From positions 56,546,001-56,610,000 of the forward strand of contig NC_045707.1 in assembly GCF_009834535.1 (NCBI RefSeq): a stretch of 64,000 nucleotides of DNA, given 5' to 3'. Positions 26,601 through 39,876 of this stretch are shown here, one piece after another (within the stretch, counting starts at the first letter, position 1; the number at the start of each line of letters is the position of its first letter). Made by a program: the position numbers and the translations under genes. The stretch is from Camelus ferus. Lineage: Eukaryota. The notes under the pieces were generated by a model, which worked only from the letters and a program-made list of their open reading frames with translations, did no database searches and had not been told where the DNA came from.

Positions 26601-27256
26601 AAAAGACTACGAATAGATTTACCATATGACCCAGGAATCCTGCTCCTGGGCATATATCCAGAAGGAACCCTACTTCAAAATGACACCTGCACCCCAATGT
26701 TCATAGCAGCACTATTTACAATAGCCAAGACATGGAAACAGCCTAAATGTCCATCAACAGATGACAGGATAAAGAAGAGGTGGTATATTTATACAACGGA
26801 ATACTATTCAGCCATAAAAACCAACAACATAACGCCATTTGTAGCAACATGGATGTTCCTGGAGAATGTCATTCTAAGTGAAGTAAGCCAGAAAGAGAAA
26901 GAAAAATACCATATGAGATCACTTATATGCAGAATCTAAAAAAAAACCAACAAAAAACAAAAGTACAAAACAGAAACAGACTCATAGACATAGAATACAA
27001 ACTTGTGGTTGCCAGGGGGACTGAGGGTGGGAAGGGACTGGGATTTCAAAATGAAGAATAGATAAACAAGACTGTACTGTGTAGCACAGGGAAATATATA
27101 TATATACAGGATCTTGTGGTGGCTCACAGTGAAAGAGAATGTGACAATGAATGTATGTATGTTCATGTATAACTGAAAAATTGTGCTTTATACTGGAATT
27201 TGACAACGTTATAAAATGACTGTAACTCAATATAAAATGTTTATATATTAAAAAAA
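23659..27256 (+). mobile_element. 5'-truncated young LINE-1 (ORF2 from the end of EN to the A-tail)
   Basis: 16-bp TSD aagataagcaggtaaa at 23643-23658 and 27257-27272; TT/AAGA endonuclease site; ORF2 fragments in the ORF track. Confidence 0.97.
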
Positions 27257-28395
27257 AAGATAAGCAGGTAAAAAAGGAAGATATCAGATAGTAAATGTGT
27301 TTATGAATTCCGTACATGGCACCTGCCTAACTTCACTGCTACTTATAACAAACAGCCCATACACGTCACACCTTGGTTGAGACTAGTTTTCACAACTTGG
27401 TTTAGACTGTATCTTCACTCTGTCTCACCTGTAGCATCTGCTGTCTGCCTTCCATCTCCAGTAACTCAAGTATACGCTCTACACCACCACACTAGTCTTC
27501 TAAATAACCAAACTGATTACATCACTTCCTGTTGAAAATGTCTTTAGTTTTCCTTCTTACTTGATGCAAACATTTTACTTTCCAATACCATCCTTTACCT
27601 CTGGCCTCACTGCAACAGCCCACGAATGTCTCACTGAGCCCTTTCTGTCTCTCAAGATTTTTATGGACTAACATCTCTTAATACCTCTCACTCCTGAAAT
27701 TTTACTTAGGCTGTAAATCCTTCCTTTAAAATCAACTGTTTGTCATGCAGGACCCAGGTTTTACCTAGATCTCTACCACTTCTCACGCTGTATTGCAATT
27801 TTCAGTGTGTGTGTACGTTTCCAGAACTTGGCTTTCAGGACAAGGAAAAATTCTTGTTTACATCTTCAGCAAAACCTAACAATATCTAGTACTCAAGAGG
27901 TGTTCAATTAATGTGTGTGTAGAAACAAATGAATAAATGAGCTAGCACTGTGGTAAAATTAAAATTCTAACATGTGCACATTAAAACATGGTAAATGTTT
28001 CCTGTAAGTTTTCATGTAGCAAAGATTGCTTTCAACAAATGTGGAAGTATAGATAAAAATGAAAAAAACGCAGTGAGAGTTCTCAAAAGAAATGTTTCCT
28101 CTATTTCCACGTTAGCAGAGATTAGTCTCTACATATATCTACCATTGTTTCTTAGCCTTGACCAACATGCCTTCCATATCTGCGGTTCTTTTATGACTTG
28201 CTACTTTTGTGTAACGTTATCACATGCTTTTCATTAAACTCTCCTTGAAATTAGAATGTTTTTTAAAATAACTGAACTATTTTACTGTCTGCTTCTGAGA
28301 TAACAGAATTTTCTATGATATCCTGCACCTGGGTCTCAATTACACTTCAAAAGACAAAACCAAAAAAGCTCAATAAATTTCCACTTGGTGCATGA

Positions 28396-28397
<2 letters not shown>

Positions 28398-28427
<30 letters not shown>

Positions 28428-28447
28428 ACACGCGCGCACGTGTGTGT
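28398..28447. repeat. (TG)n followed by an alternating purine-pyrimidine CA/CG tract
   Basis: Direct reading. Confidence 0.95.
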
Positions 28448-29432
28448 ACTGTGGGCTAAAGCTACTGACTTGAAAATTCAGTGTGGTATTCTACGACATA
28501 TATTATTACCTATGCCTTCATAAAATCTTTTTTTTGCTGAATGTAGAATATTGCTATTGCTTGTCTTTGTCATGATTCTGCTCTATTATTGTAACAACTC
28601 TTAAATAAAATTCTGTTAAAGTTGATTATAAAACTGATGGAGGAACAAAATCATTTTCTACTTTTTTGAATAAAGGCAATGATGTATATTTAGGGAATAG
28701 CATAAAACTATTTTTTAATTTTTGTTATTTTCTGGTCTCTTTAAAAACATCCATTTTTTATTAAATCACACTTTTAAAATAAAAATGTTTGCATTTCTTA
28801 TTGCTAAATTATTTTAATATGTCTGTCCTTTTCCATTTCTTTGGTGTACTATAAAGTTTTAAACCTGTTCTCTGTGATTTCTGTGTTCACCAGAGAGTTC
28901 AAATTATGAATGCAAGCTTTAGTGTCAGATCTAGTTAGAATAACATCTCTATCTTGATTAAGACACTTAACTTTCTGAAGCTGTAGAGAAAATAAGACTA
29001 ATACTAGAACCTACGTCCTAGAGTTGGGAAGATTAAATAAGAAAATGCATGTAAAACAGACAGCACATAATGAGCATTCAATAAATGTCAGCTATTGGAA
29101 TAATGATGTGATCAGTGATGATGAGGATGTTTTCTCAGTATCCACTTACAAAGTAACACCTTTGCATTCCAGCTTCTGCCTACATTCCTTCATATATATA
29201 ACAATTGCTGCCTATAATGATAACCATTCATCACATCACTCAATAAGATCTTCTAACGTGCACCAAGCACTCTCCTAGTAGATAGAGATACAGCAGTATG
29301 TGAACAGACAAAAATCCCAATCTTTCTAAAGCTTACATTTGGGTTGAGAGGCAATAGATTATATGAAAATAAAAAATGCATTATGTTGTATTTTAGGTGC
29401 CAAGAAGGAAAAAATAAAGCAGGAATGAAGTA

Positions 29433-29620
29433 GTCCGGGATTCAAAGACGGTGGAGTAGAAGGACGCAGTGCTCACCCTCTTCCAGAAATACAACAAAAA
29501 CTGCATTTACATGCGGTACCATTCACACAAAATACCTACTGAACTTTGGTAGAATATCTCTTACTATTGGAACTATGAAGTAAATTCTCATAAAACCGGG
29601 CAAGGGGGAAAAAAAGAAAA
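29433..29620 (+). mobile_element. Short retroposon resembling an L1 5' end, with A-tail
   Basis: Perfect 12-bp TSD aggaatgaagta at 29421-29432 and 29621-29632; start caaagacggtggagtagaaggacg resembles the L1 caagatggcggagtag start. Confidence 0.75.
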
Positions 29621-29824
29621 AGGAATGAAGTAAAGATACATAGGAAGCAATGGTAACATTTTAAATAGGGCAATCATAGAACTCTTAGTAAGAGGTTGAT
29701 ATTTGAATAAAGACAAAAACAAGATGAGAAAACACTTGTGTCAGTTTCCTAGGAAAGAGCATTTCAGGTACAGGGCAAATGTTTACCACGTGTGAAGATT
29801 AGAATAAGGTCAGAGTTATAGGTG

Positions 29825-32330
29825 TCCAGATGCAGCTACAGCTCAGGTCCATTGTGACGAGTCATTACCAGCCTGCTTTTCTTCAAGTCAGTGAAGGTTC
29901 TGAGCCCTTGATCATTGTATCTTTCCAGTTTAGGACTGCTATTTTTGTCTGTTTGTAGAAACAGTGGCACAAGAGAGCATCAGAAGGCACCCAAGTGGAT
30001 CATTTGACGTCCACACAGATCACTCCCTCATTGTGTGAAAGCAGCACTCTGCTTCCTGCTGAATGGTGTCAGTGTCCCAGGGAGAATGGTGAACTCTTCT
30101 TGCCAGTTGTTCCCATGACACAGGAGGTCTAAAGTTCTGACAGCAGCCATAGATTAAAATTCAACAGGCCCTTGTGGCGTCTCCTGACAAGATTGTGCCT
30201 CCTTTGGGCACTGAGGCCTCCAGCGCTGATGAGCCCAGTGATGGGGCCAGGAAGCACAAACTCCTCCAGTGTGTCTTTGGAAGGGATAGTAAGTAGGATA
30301 ACTTCTGCTTCCTGGAAGGGCTTATGTATCTTTCCCATTGAGGTCATAAAACTCTACCGTGGTCTCTGATTGAATGAATACCCGCTGTCCTGAGGGGATA
30401 ACGTGTCATCTTTTCAGAGGGCTTCCTTCGGTCACACGTTTAGAAGACTTTTGCAGCTTTGTATGAGACTAGCTGCTTCTGGATGTCACGGCACAAGATC
30501 TGATCAGTGGATTCATGGTCATGGGCTCATTCTCACACCTCCTTCACTGTGAAGGAGTCCCCTGGGCAGATGCTATACTGTGTGGGATCCACACCTATGA
30601 ATCAGACATTTCATAAGCCTGTCACAGTAGTGTTGGCTGAGGCTCTATGGGGAGGAAAAGCAAACCCAACCCACAATAAGTATCTCACCCTGTGAGGAGA
30701 AACCACTGGTCCTTCTAGGATGGAATGGGGCTGATGCAGCCAATTTGCTTCCCGACCTTACTGGTGGCTACACCTATTACTGCTTCTTGGTTTCTGACAA
30801 TTAAGTACTATCTCTAGCACTATTATTTCTAGGTCCCCATCATTTTATGAACATTAGCAACTGCACCTCTCTGACCTCTTCTCTTACCATCTTCCTTGGA
30901 CTACAGAGGATATCCACCAAGGGACTTCCTAGTGATGGTACCCCACCCACCACACATTCCTGAAGGACTTGGAAAATGGTGTGTGCTTCGGAACTTCTCA
31001 TGGATTATCATCCTCTGGTGGATCTTTTGCCCTTCCATAATATAGCAGTTTCAACATGCCCACTCTCTCTCAGCCTCTTATTTCCTTTCTCAGTCATCTT
31101 CCAGAGTAACTCACTGCTTCACTTAGGCTCGACTATTATTTTTGCCTCAGGCTTCTAAGAGCTACTCCAGCAAGAACTTTGCTCCATTTGATGGTGTTCT
31201 TGGTAGAGTATTAAATCCATGTCCTGAGAAAATGCCCTACCTCCTCAGTCAATGAATTCTTCCTTTTCCAGGCTTACATTCTGGCACTATTGATCAAGCA
31301 CTCTTAAAATGCAGTCCCAGGAGCACTCCTCTGGCTCTTTGCCGGTAAATTCTGGTAATTCTTGCAATTCCTCATTGTATATATTTTCTATCCTCCCTTA
31401 TTAGACTGAGTGCATCCTTGGCTGGATTTTGTTGGGATTTAATGTTAGTTGTCAGCTTGGTGGCCCAGAGGGGAGATGGAAGGACACTTGATGCTTCATG
31501 AGAGAGAGAGGCTCCTGCAGCATATTCCAGCAGAGTGAAATGTTAGCTATTACCAGAGAAGAGTGGATTGCCTCTCTGCTAGACCAGAGTCTGAGCAGGA
31601 TAGGAGGCTCCATCCAGATGTCCCCAAAATCATAGTTTAGCATCTCAGGTTTTCTCTACCAGGCCCTTAAGTTTGTATAGCAGACTTACCTTGACTGAGC
31701 ATTCAAATATCTCTGGGGCTTTGTGACTTCAACAGTCTTCAGACCGATGCTGTGTCTGTCTTTCCACTGCAGGTAACATGGACCGCTATCACAGTGGCTC
31801 TCTGGCCTGAGCACTTAGCCATTAACTGCCTTTTAGTAGCCTTCAATCTTTCATTATCTTTCTTTAAGGTATCAGTGCAATTTAGCAGTACCCAGTTAAC
31901 TCCACTGTCTTTGTAGGCATCTTCCCACCCTCAAAGTTTTCAAATGCCTACAGCACTTCACTTGCCAAGTGAAAGCTTCCATTGGGACTGTTTTCTTTCT
32001 TCTTTTCCCCAAGTCACTGCAGGTAAAATTGTCAGCACTTACAATGCCATTTTGTGCAGGTGACTATTCATGTCCCATTTATCAACCACAAGGACACTTC
32101 ACCTTTTGGGTGGTGGATGAGCCAGTCCCAAGTGCCCATCTTATTGCCTGATTTCGATCACCCTACTTCTGATATCACTTACATTAATCTAGGTCCACAA
32201 GGAAGTGGACATTAAAATGGATTAAGTAGGCAAAGGTTTTACTAGAGAAAATGCCTCTAAGATAGTAAATGAGAGGGAGCTGGAGAAAGCTAGTGAGGCA
32301 AGTAAAGGCAGCCCTTCTCTACTAGTTGCC
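29825..32330 (-). mobile_element. ERVL internal relic (gag/pol/dUTPase-like pieces) with adjoining LTR fragment
   Basis: Elevated GC; ORF remnants such as TLEEFVLPGP...LLNFNLWL typical of the ERVL dUTPase region; shares motifs with 38.5-39.4 kb. Confidence 0.65.
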
Positions 32331-32958
32331 TTTGATACACTCTTTCGGGTTTTCTCTAGCCCTTGCCAATATCCTTCCCAGACTTATTGTCGCCACTATA
32401 TATGTGTCACCATTTCAACTCTAAAACTAAGTCACTTTTACACTATTACATTGCCTTTGCTTTAGTCAAAATACTTTTCACACGTATGTACCTGCAACTT
32501 GCCAGCTCTTATCTTATTGCAGATTGGCAAGCTGAGAAAATAAAAATGCCTGGAATTGTTTTCCTAGAACCTCATCATCAAAATTTTTCTAAAGCTAGAG
32601 TGGGCTAAGAGCTGATGTTTATTACATTAGAAAGTGAGTGTTTTACTTTTTTCCCAATGAGAAGGTACAGAATTTTCATCTGATTCTTAAAGGTGTCCTT
32701 GACCCAGAAAATACATATGAAAATTTGTGTTCTTTTTTTTTTCTGATTCAGAACCACTTTTATGAGGGAAATATAGTTGGCCCCAAGCACCCTGAGGGCA
32801 CTTTTCTGTGTTGTCTGTTTCAAAGCTTTGACTTTCTCATCCATCAATTATAGAAATTTAGGGAAGTAAATTTTCTTTCCTGCACATCCCTCTACACACC
32901 AACCATTCCTCCTGTAGAATTAGTCCCACTCAATAAATATATGATTACATCATTTCAC

Positions 32959-33090
32959 CTTTTCTTTGCTTAAGTGTCCATCTGAAGAAAGAGCATTTAG
33001 AGAGATTGGGACCCATTCATGGACATTATTTTCAACCCCTAGCAACCACAATCTACTACTTAATTGCTTATTATCAATGATAAAAGCAGT
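32959..33090 (-). pseudogene. Pseudo-exon, AAA6 region
   Basis: Open frame AFIIDNKQLSSRLWLLGVENNVHEWVPISLNALSSDGHLSKEK and donor aag|gtgaaa; a long pyrimidine tract precedes it but the acceptor AG appears mutated. Confidence 0.4.
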
Positions 33091-33193
33091 TTAAGATAAG
33101 AAATAAGAAATGTTATTATTTTAGTATGTATAGATATAGAAGTCTCACTTATCCATTTCCTTATAAAAACAATGCCACAAAGCTTACATTTAC

Positions 33194-33386
33194 CATAAGA
33201 ATCTTACTGAGGATGTCATTCAGTGCATTAAAGAGGGTCTTTTGAGAGGGTCCACAGAATAAACATCACTCTGATCTCAGAACCCGGAAGAGTTATTGCT
33301 TTCCTTGAGAAACAAGTTGTTTTCATCTTAACATGCTGAGAATGTAACTGAAGAAACGCCATTCTTCTGAAAAGCTTGGAGCCAAT
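33194..33386 (-). pseudogene. Pseudo-exon (193 nt) preceding AAA6
   Basis: Acceptor gttcacag and donor atg|gtaaat; single frame LAPSFSEEWRFFSYILSMLR*KQLVSQGKQ*LFRVLRSE*CLFCGPSQKTLFNALNDILSKILM resembles QKL.L.R.LRP(D/E).L..A...F....LG. Confidence 0.65.
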
Positions 33387-33595
33387 CTGTGAACCCTCCA
33401 AAAAGGTTAATCGTATTTATTTTGTGTTAACCTTATGCTGGCTCCATTTTACTTCCTCATGCTAATTTTCTCTTTGTCTTGTTTTTCTTCTCCTTTTAGA
33501 ATTTAATTTTATCTTGTTATATGGCATAATGTCTTTCATTGTATATCCTCTTAAAAGTACATTCTGGACCAAAGCAGCATAAAAATACATTGTAC

Positions 33596-33974
33596 ATAAA
33601 GTCAACATTCCCAACTAACAAGTTCCTAATTACACTGAATGCCACATCAGAGTCTTAAATATGATGTAAGATTTTATGACAGCCTTTAGCCTCTCTGATT
33701 CCAAGACATATTAACACAGGTGGGACTAATTTTAGAGTTGTTTCTTGAGTACACGGTGACATTTATTGAAAGCACATTGCAGAATGAATGCATGGAGTGA
33801 AATTCGGTGTGTCTACCAACAGAAAACTTGTGAAGTGTGGCTGCAGAGGTTAACAGTCTTCAATCCCTGTTTCTCAGCAGAGTGAGGATAGTTCTGTGAG
33901 ATGTGAATTTCTGAAGAAATAATCTGAACTTCTAAACCTAGATGTTTGTAGAGAATAATTTGTAGCCCTTCCAT
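33596..33974 (-). pseudogene. Pseudo-exon, AAA5 extension
   Basis: Acceptor ctcattatccctgtctag, phase-compatible with the preceding exon; RLLTSAATLH...FHSMHSFCNVL weakly resembles YRPVA.RAS.LYF...YQ.SL..F..LF; 3' boundary uncertain. Confidence 0.45.
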
Positions 33975-34087
33975 CTAGACAGGGATAATGAGGAGAACAT
34001 CATAAGCAAGCCAGGGTTTCATTAAATTTCTGAGGCTTAAACTCTTTCTTAAATGGAATATAACTTCTCATAAGAAATCTCAGACCT

Positions 34088-36450
34088 TCACTGATAAACA
34101 CAGTTGCAATATCCTCAACAAAATACTAGCAAATGGAATCCAAGAATACATTAAAAGGATCATACACCATGATCAAGTGGGATTTATCCCAGGGATGCAA
34201 GGATTTTTCAATACCCACAAATCAGTCAATATGATACACTACACTAACAAATGGAGGAATAAAAACCATGTGATCATCTCAATAGACACAGAAAAAGCTT
34301 CTGATAAAATTCAACATTTATTTATGATAAAAATTCTCCAGAAAGTGGACATAGAAGGAACATATCTCAACATAATAAAGACCATATATGATAAACCCAC
34401 AGCTAACATCATACTCAATGGTGAAAAGCTAAAAATATTCCTTTTAAGATCAGGAACAAGACAAGGATGCCCACTCTCACCACTTTTATTCAACATAGTT
34501 TTGGAAGTCCTAGCCACAGCAATCAGAGAAGAAAAGGAATCCAAATTGGAAATGAGGAAGTAAAACTGTCATTGTTGCAGATGACATGATACTCTACAGA
34601 GAAAATCCTAAAGGCACCAGCAGAAAACTACTAGAGCTCATCAGTGAATATGATAAGGTTGCAAGATACAGAAATGTGTTGCATTTCTATACACTAACAA
34701 TGAAATATCATAAAGAGAAATTAAGGATATAATCCCATTTACCATTGCATCAAAAAGAATAAAATACCTAAGAATAAACCTACATAAGGAGGCAAAAGAC
34801 CTGTACTCCGAAAACGACACTGATGAGAGAAACTGGAAAATGGCACAAACAGGTGGAAAGATATACTGGTGTTTTGGATTGGAAGAATCAATATTGTTAG
34901 AATGACTATACTACACAAGGCAATCTACAGATTCAATGCAATCCCTGTCTAATTACAATGGCATTTTCCACCAAACTAGAACAAAAATGTTTTAAATTTG
35001 TATAGAAACACAGAAAATTCTGAATAGCCAAAACAATCTTGAGAAAGAAGAACGAAGCTGGGGGAATCATTGTTCCCTGACTTCAGACTACACTACAAAG
35101 CTACAGTAATAAAAACAGTATGGTACTGGCACAAAAACAGACACATGGGTCAATGGACAGGATAGAAAGCCCAGAAATAAACCCACACACTTATGGTCAA
35201 TTAATATACAACAAAGGAGGCAAGGATATACAATGGAGGGAAGACAATCGCTTCAATAAGTGGTGCTGGGAAAACTGGACAGCTACACATAAAGGAATGA
35301 AATTGGAACATTCTCTAAAACCATATACAAAAATAAACTCAAAATGGATCAAAGACCTACATGTAAGACTAGATGCTATAAAACTCCTAGAAGAAAACAT
35401 GCAGACACTCTGACATAAACTGCAGCAGTATTTTTTTTGGATCTGTCTCCTAGAGTAAAGGATATAAAAGCGAAAATAAACAAATAGGACCTAATTAAAC
35501 TTAACAAGATTTTGCACAGCAAAGGAAACCATAAACAAAATGAAAAGACAACCTACATAATGGGGAATGGGAGAAAATACGTGCAAATGATGTGACCAAT
35601 TAAGGATTATTTCCAAATATATACAAATAGCTCATACAACTCAATAAAAAAAAAAAACAATTAAATCAAAAAATGGGCAGAAGACCTAAATAGATATTTC
35701 TCCAAAGAAGTCATACACATAGCCAACAAGCACACAAAAAGATGTGCAACATCGCTAATTCTTAGAGTAGTGCAAATGAAAACTACAATGAGGTATCACC
35801 TCACACCAGCTAGAATGGCCATCATTCAAAAAAACAAAAAATCCACAAGTAATAAATGTTAGAGAGGGTGAGAAAAAAGGGAACCCTCCTACACTGTTGG
35901 TGGGAATGTAAATTGGTACAGCCACTGTGGAGAAAATAATGGAGGTTTCTTAAAAAACTAAAAATAGAGGTACCATATGATCTAACAATCCCACTCCTGG
36001 GCATAAATCCAGAAAACAAAATCAGAAACTCTAATTTGAAAAGATACATGCACCCCAATGTTCACAGCAGCACTATTTACAACAGCCAAAACATGGAAGC
36101 ACACTAAATGTCCATCAACAGATGAATGGATAAAGATAAAGACGTGGTATATATATATACACAATGGAATACCATTCTTCCATAAAATGAAATAATGCCA
36201 TCTGCAGCAATATGGATGGACTTAAAGATTATCATATTAAGTGAAGAAAATCAGACAGAGAAAGACAAATATCGTATGATATCACTTATATATGGAATCT
36301 AAAAAAATTATTTTAGATTATAGAAAACAAACTTATGGTTTGTTTTCAAATAGAAAAAAAAACTTATGGTTACCAAAGAGGAAAGAGAGGGGAGGGATTT
36401 GGAATTTGAGATTAATAGATACACACTACTATATACAAAATAGATAAACA
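34088..36450 (+). mobile_element. 5'-truncated LINE-1 (RT to 3'UTR)
   Basis: ORF track gives [11 protein letters not shown]...[10 protein letters not shown] and KWCWENW. Confidence 0.93.
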
Positions 36451-36789
36451 ACCTAGAAGAGAGGACTTTCATGAACAATAACCTATATTGTTTATAATAG
36501 ACTACTTCCCTGTGTCCATGCCCAATCACTGCATCACATTATTCTTTTGTCTATTCTATACAAATTACACTAATTTTTTTTTATTAGTTTGCTCACTTAC
36601 TATTTGGTTTCCATTAGTAGAATGTAAGCTCCTAGAGGGAGTGAACTAGTTTGTCATATTGATTGTCTTATCTTCTGTTTCTATGACAGAACCTGGAAGC
36701 AGTAGGTTCTCAATCAACACTTTGTATTGTTATTTTAATGAATGAAATAAAAACAAAGTGCAATGGCTTACACAGTGTTGGGTATTAAC

Positions 36790-37085
36790 CTCAGCTGTGC
36801 TTTATCAAGTTGATGAATAGACATTCTGGGGATGTCTTTTTCCCCTACTCTCCAGAGATTGGGTCGAGGAGTACTAGAAATGCTCAACATTTCTTCATTC
36901 AGTGACAGTGTTTTGTTTTTTCTTTTCATGCAAAAATTGGGATCTGTGAAATATCCCCATTTGTTTTCATTTGTTTTAGAAGGCTCAAATATATGGCCAA
37001 AAGTGCATTCTGTAAGATTTACTTTTCAGTTTGGCAAATCTCAGTAGTTTCACTTGGAAACACTGTGTACTTTCTACTTGAATCT
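36790..37085 (-). pseudogene. Pseudo-exon, AAA5
   Basis: About 78 open codons VNLTECTFGHIFEPSK...YFTDPNFCMKRKNKTLSLNEEMLSISSTPRPNLW resemble Y.PNFRLY and GLEDQLL....ERP.L; one frameshift near the 5' end; donor gag|gttaat. Confidence 0.6.
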
Positions 37086-37944
37086 CTTAAATATATTAAA
37101 TATTAAATATATTTTGCTCACTGCATTCTTTTAAAGTTGGTCACAAAACCCTGAAATCCTGAGTTACACAATGTGATTATGTAAGTCAGAAAGTCTTTAG
37201 AATGAAATTGCCTTCCAAACTCCAAGTTATTTACTCTTTATTCTTGTTTTACCACATACTTGATGGTAAGACTGTTTCATTATTTAACCTGCTCTTTTAC
37301 TTAAAGTATATGAAAGATAGTTGTGGAAAACCACAGTGCGAAAACAATATTAATTAAGTTCATATCATGTGGGAAGCACTTCTCTTCTAAGCACATTGAT
37401 GCATTATCTCATTTAATCCTAAAACAAACTTCTGTGGTAGTACTATTATTAGTTCTAGTTTACAAATGAGGTGACTGAGGCAAAGAGCAAAGAGAGGGTG
37501 GAACTAGGCTTTCCATCCAGGTGACCTGACAAATGGCCTTTGTGGCTTTCAGAAGAGAGAAAGAAGAGCATTTTCTTCCTTCTCCACAGAGGAGCCAGTA
37601 GATCATACTCTACTTGCTATTTGCCTGGATCACAGTCTAGGCAGATTGTGATGTCTTTTGCTTTGGGGTGTCCCCTAATATCTTCCTTCCTCTACACAGA
37701 ATTCTCCTGCCCATACTACTTTTGGACATGTTGTTCAATCCTTCTTTAAACATTTTTATTTTGTTTGCTTTTTCTGATGACAAAAATATTCACTCATTCT
37801 AGACCAATTTTTAAAGAGTAGAAATGTATTTATGAAATTAGAAAAAAAAATCCCCTAATCTCTAAATTGCTAATAATTATTTCTTTTCTTCCAGTCTCTT
37901 ACCATGTCTTTCCTTTATAATTAAGACACTTTGTATCCACATAT

Positions 37945-39465
37945 GTATTGTTTCAGGTCTTTCTAGAAGCAGATGCCAAGATAGGGCTAGATATACAAGA
38001 TATATTTATTGAAGGAAATCTCTGTGTCAGGACAAAGGGGAGAGGATTGGGGGAATCTTCAGATCATGATGCAAGTCTGATCCCAGTAAAGGAAAGCAGG
38101 AAAGAAAAAGGATTGGGTAGGAAAAGTTTCAAACCGTAGGGGAGTTCTACAAGTTTCAATGTAGTGGCAGATCACAGAGGTAGAAACTGGGCCTGTCCAT
38201 CAGTGATGCTCTGTGCGGCTCATTACCAAGTTCACTAAGGTCCACGCCACCATGCCCTACACATCTATTGCTCCAAGCGCATTCCAATAACAGCTCCTCT
38301 TTGTTTCTTAGGGATTTTTCAACCCAACAAGAAGTATGAAAGAGGGAGGTTAGTAGTATGAATTGCAGCCTGTGACCCTGCTGTTGATCTAAAGGCCAAA
38401 TCTGGTCTTCTTCCCCCTCCTCCACCATCCATTCTAAATTCCTCTCACCTTCAGCTATCATCTAACATCTCATCAGGTCTAAGTGGCTGCCCTGCTTGCA
38501 TGACTCAAACCTGCATTTCTGAGGCATTTGGGCCCTTGACAATCATGCCCTCCTCAGGTTAGAGTTGATGCCTGTATTTGTTCACAGTTACAATGGGGCC
38601 AAGGAATACAGGAAACACCAAGTGGATCACCTGGATGCTATATCTATTCCTCTCAGTCTCTACTGTGGAGAAGCATCCCTACTTCCTCCTGATGATCACA
38701 GTCTGTTACCTCTGCTGCAGCAGGGCCTTCTCTTCTTATCTGCTTGGTCCCTGGCACAAGAAATAAAAAATTCCCTGGTAGCAGTCATAACTGTAGTTCA
38801 ATGAGACTCTTGCTGTTTCCACCGGCAAGAATACGCCCCCTTTGTGGTCCCGAATGTCCAACACTACAGATCTCAGAGTTGATTTGGACAGGAAAAAAAA
38901 TTCTCTAGTAAGTCTACAGGAGTGACAGTAAGAGTGGTAGTAAGATGGGTCACTAATACTTCCACCTCTTATTTTCCAGCCCTATGTAATCTTCCTGTTG
39001 GGGACACAGCATCATATAGGGTTCTCTGATTTCATACATACACAACATCATGAAAGATGTCAGCCAATCTTCTCTGAATATTGCCCCCAGGCTAGAGCTT
39101 CAGCTGTGCCTTCAGTGGGCTGTTTCATTGTTCTATGAGACTGGCTGTTTCTGGATGATGAGATGTATGGTATGACTAGTGAATCCCATGGTCACAAGCC
39201 CACTCCCACACTTTCTCCCTGTGAAGTGGGTCTGCTGATTAGGAGCTACGTTGAAGCATTTTAACATAGATCAGTCATTCTGTAAGCTTCAGGACAGTGG
39301 TGGTGACTGAGTATTGGAAGGCAGGTAAGGCAAATCCATACCCAGGGTAGACGTCTATCACTATGAGGACGAACCACAGCCTCTCTCAGCATGAGAAGAG
39401 AATAATATATTTACTTTTCCACCAAGTAATCGATTGATTTATTGAGGAATAGTGACACACTGAGG
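37945..39465 (-). mobile_element. ERVL-type LTR plus internal relic
   Basis: LTR-like start tgtattgtttcaggtc; internal part similar to 29.9-30.7 kb; strand inferred. Confidence 0.6.
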
Positions 39466-39472
39466 GTTCTAG

Positions 39473-39876
39473 TGCTATTATGGACTGAACTGTGTCCCAA
39501 CCAAATTTATATATTGAAGTCTTACCCACCCCCATGGTGTCTGCATTTAGAGATGGGGCCTCTCAGGGCTTAATTAAGGTTAAATGATGTCACAAGGGTG
39601 GGGTCCTAATACAATAGGACTGGTATCCTTACAAGTAGAGGAAAATACCAGAGCTCACTCGCTCTCTCTCCATGTGCATGCAGAGGAAAAGGCCATATGA
39701 GGACATGGCAAGAAATTATCAACTGCAAGCACAGGAGAGAGATCTCACCAGAAACCAACCATGATGAAACCTTAATATCAGACTTCCAGCCTCCAGAACT
39801 GTGAGGAAATAAATCTCTGTTGTTTAAGCCACCCAGTCTGTGGTATTGTGTTATGGCATCCTGAGCCCACTAATAC
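39473..39876 (+). mobile_element. MaLR (MLT1-type) solo LTR
   Basis: tgctattatggactgaactgtgtccc...ccagcctccagaactgtgaggaaataaat...tttaagccacccagtctgtggta. Confidence 0.85.
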
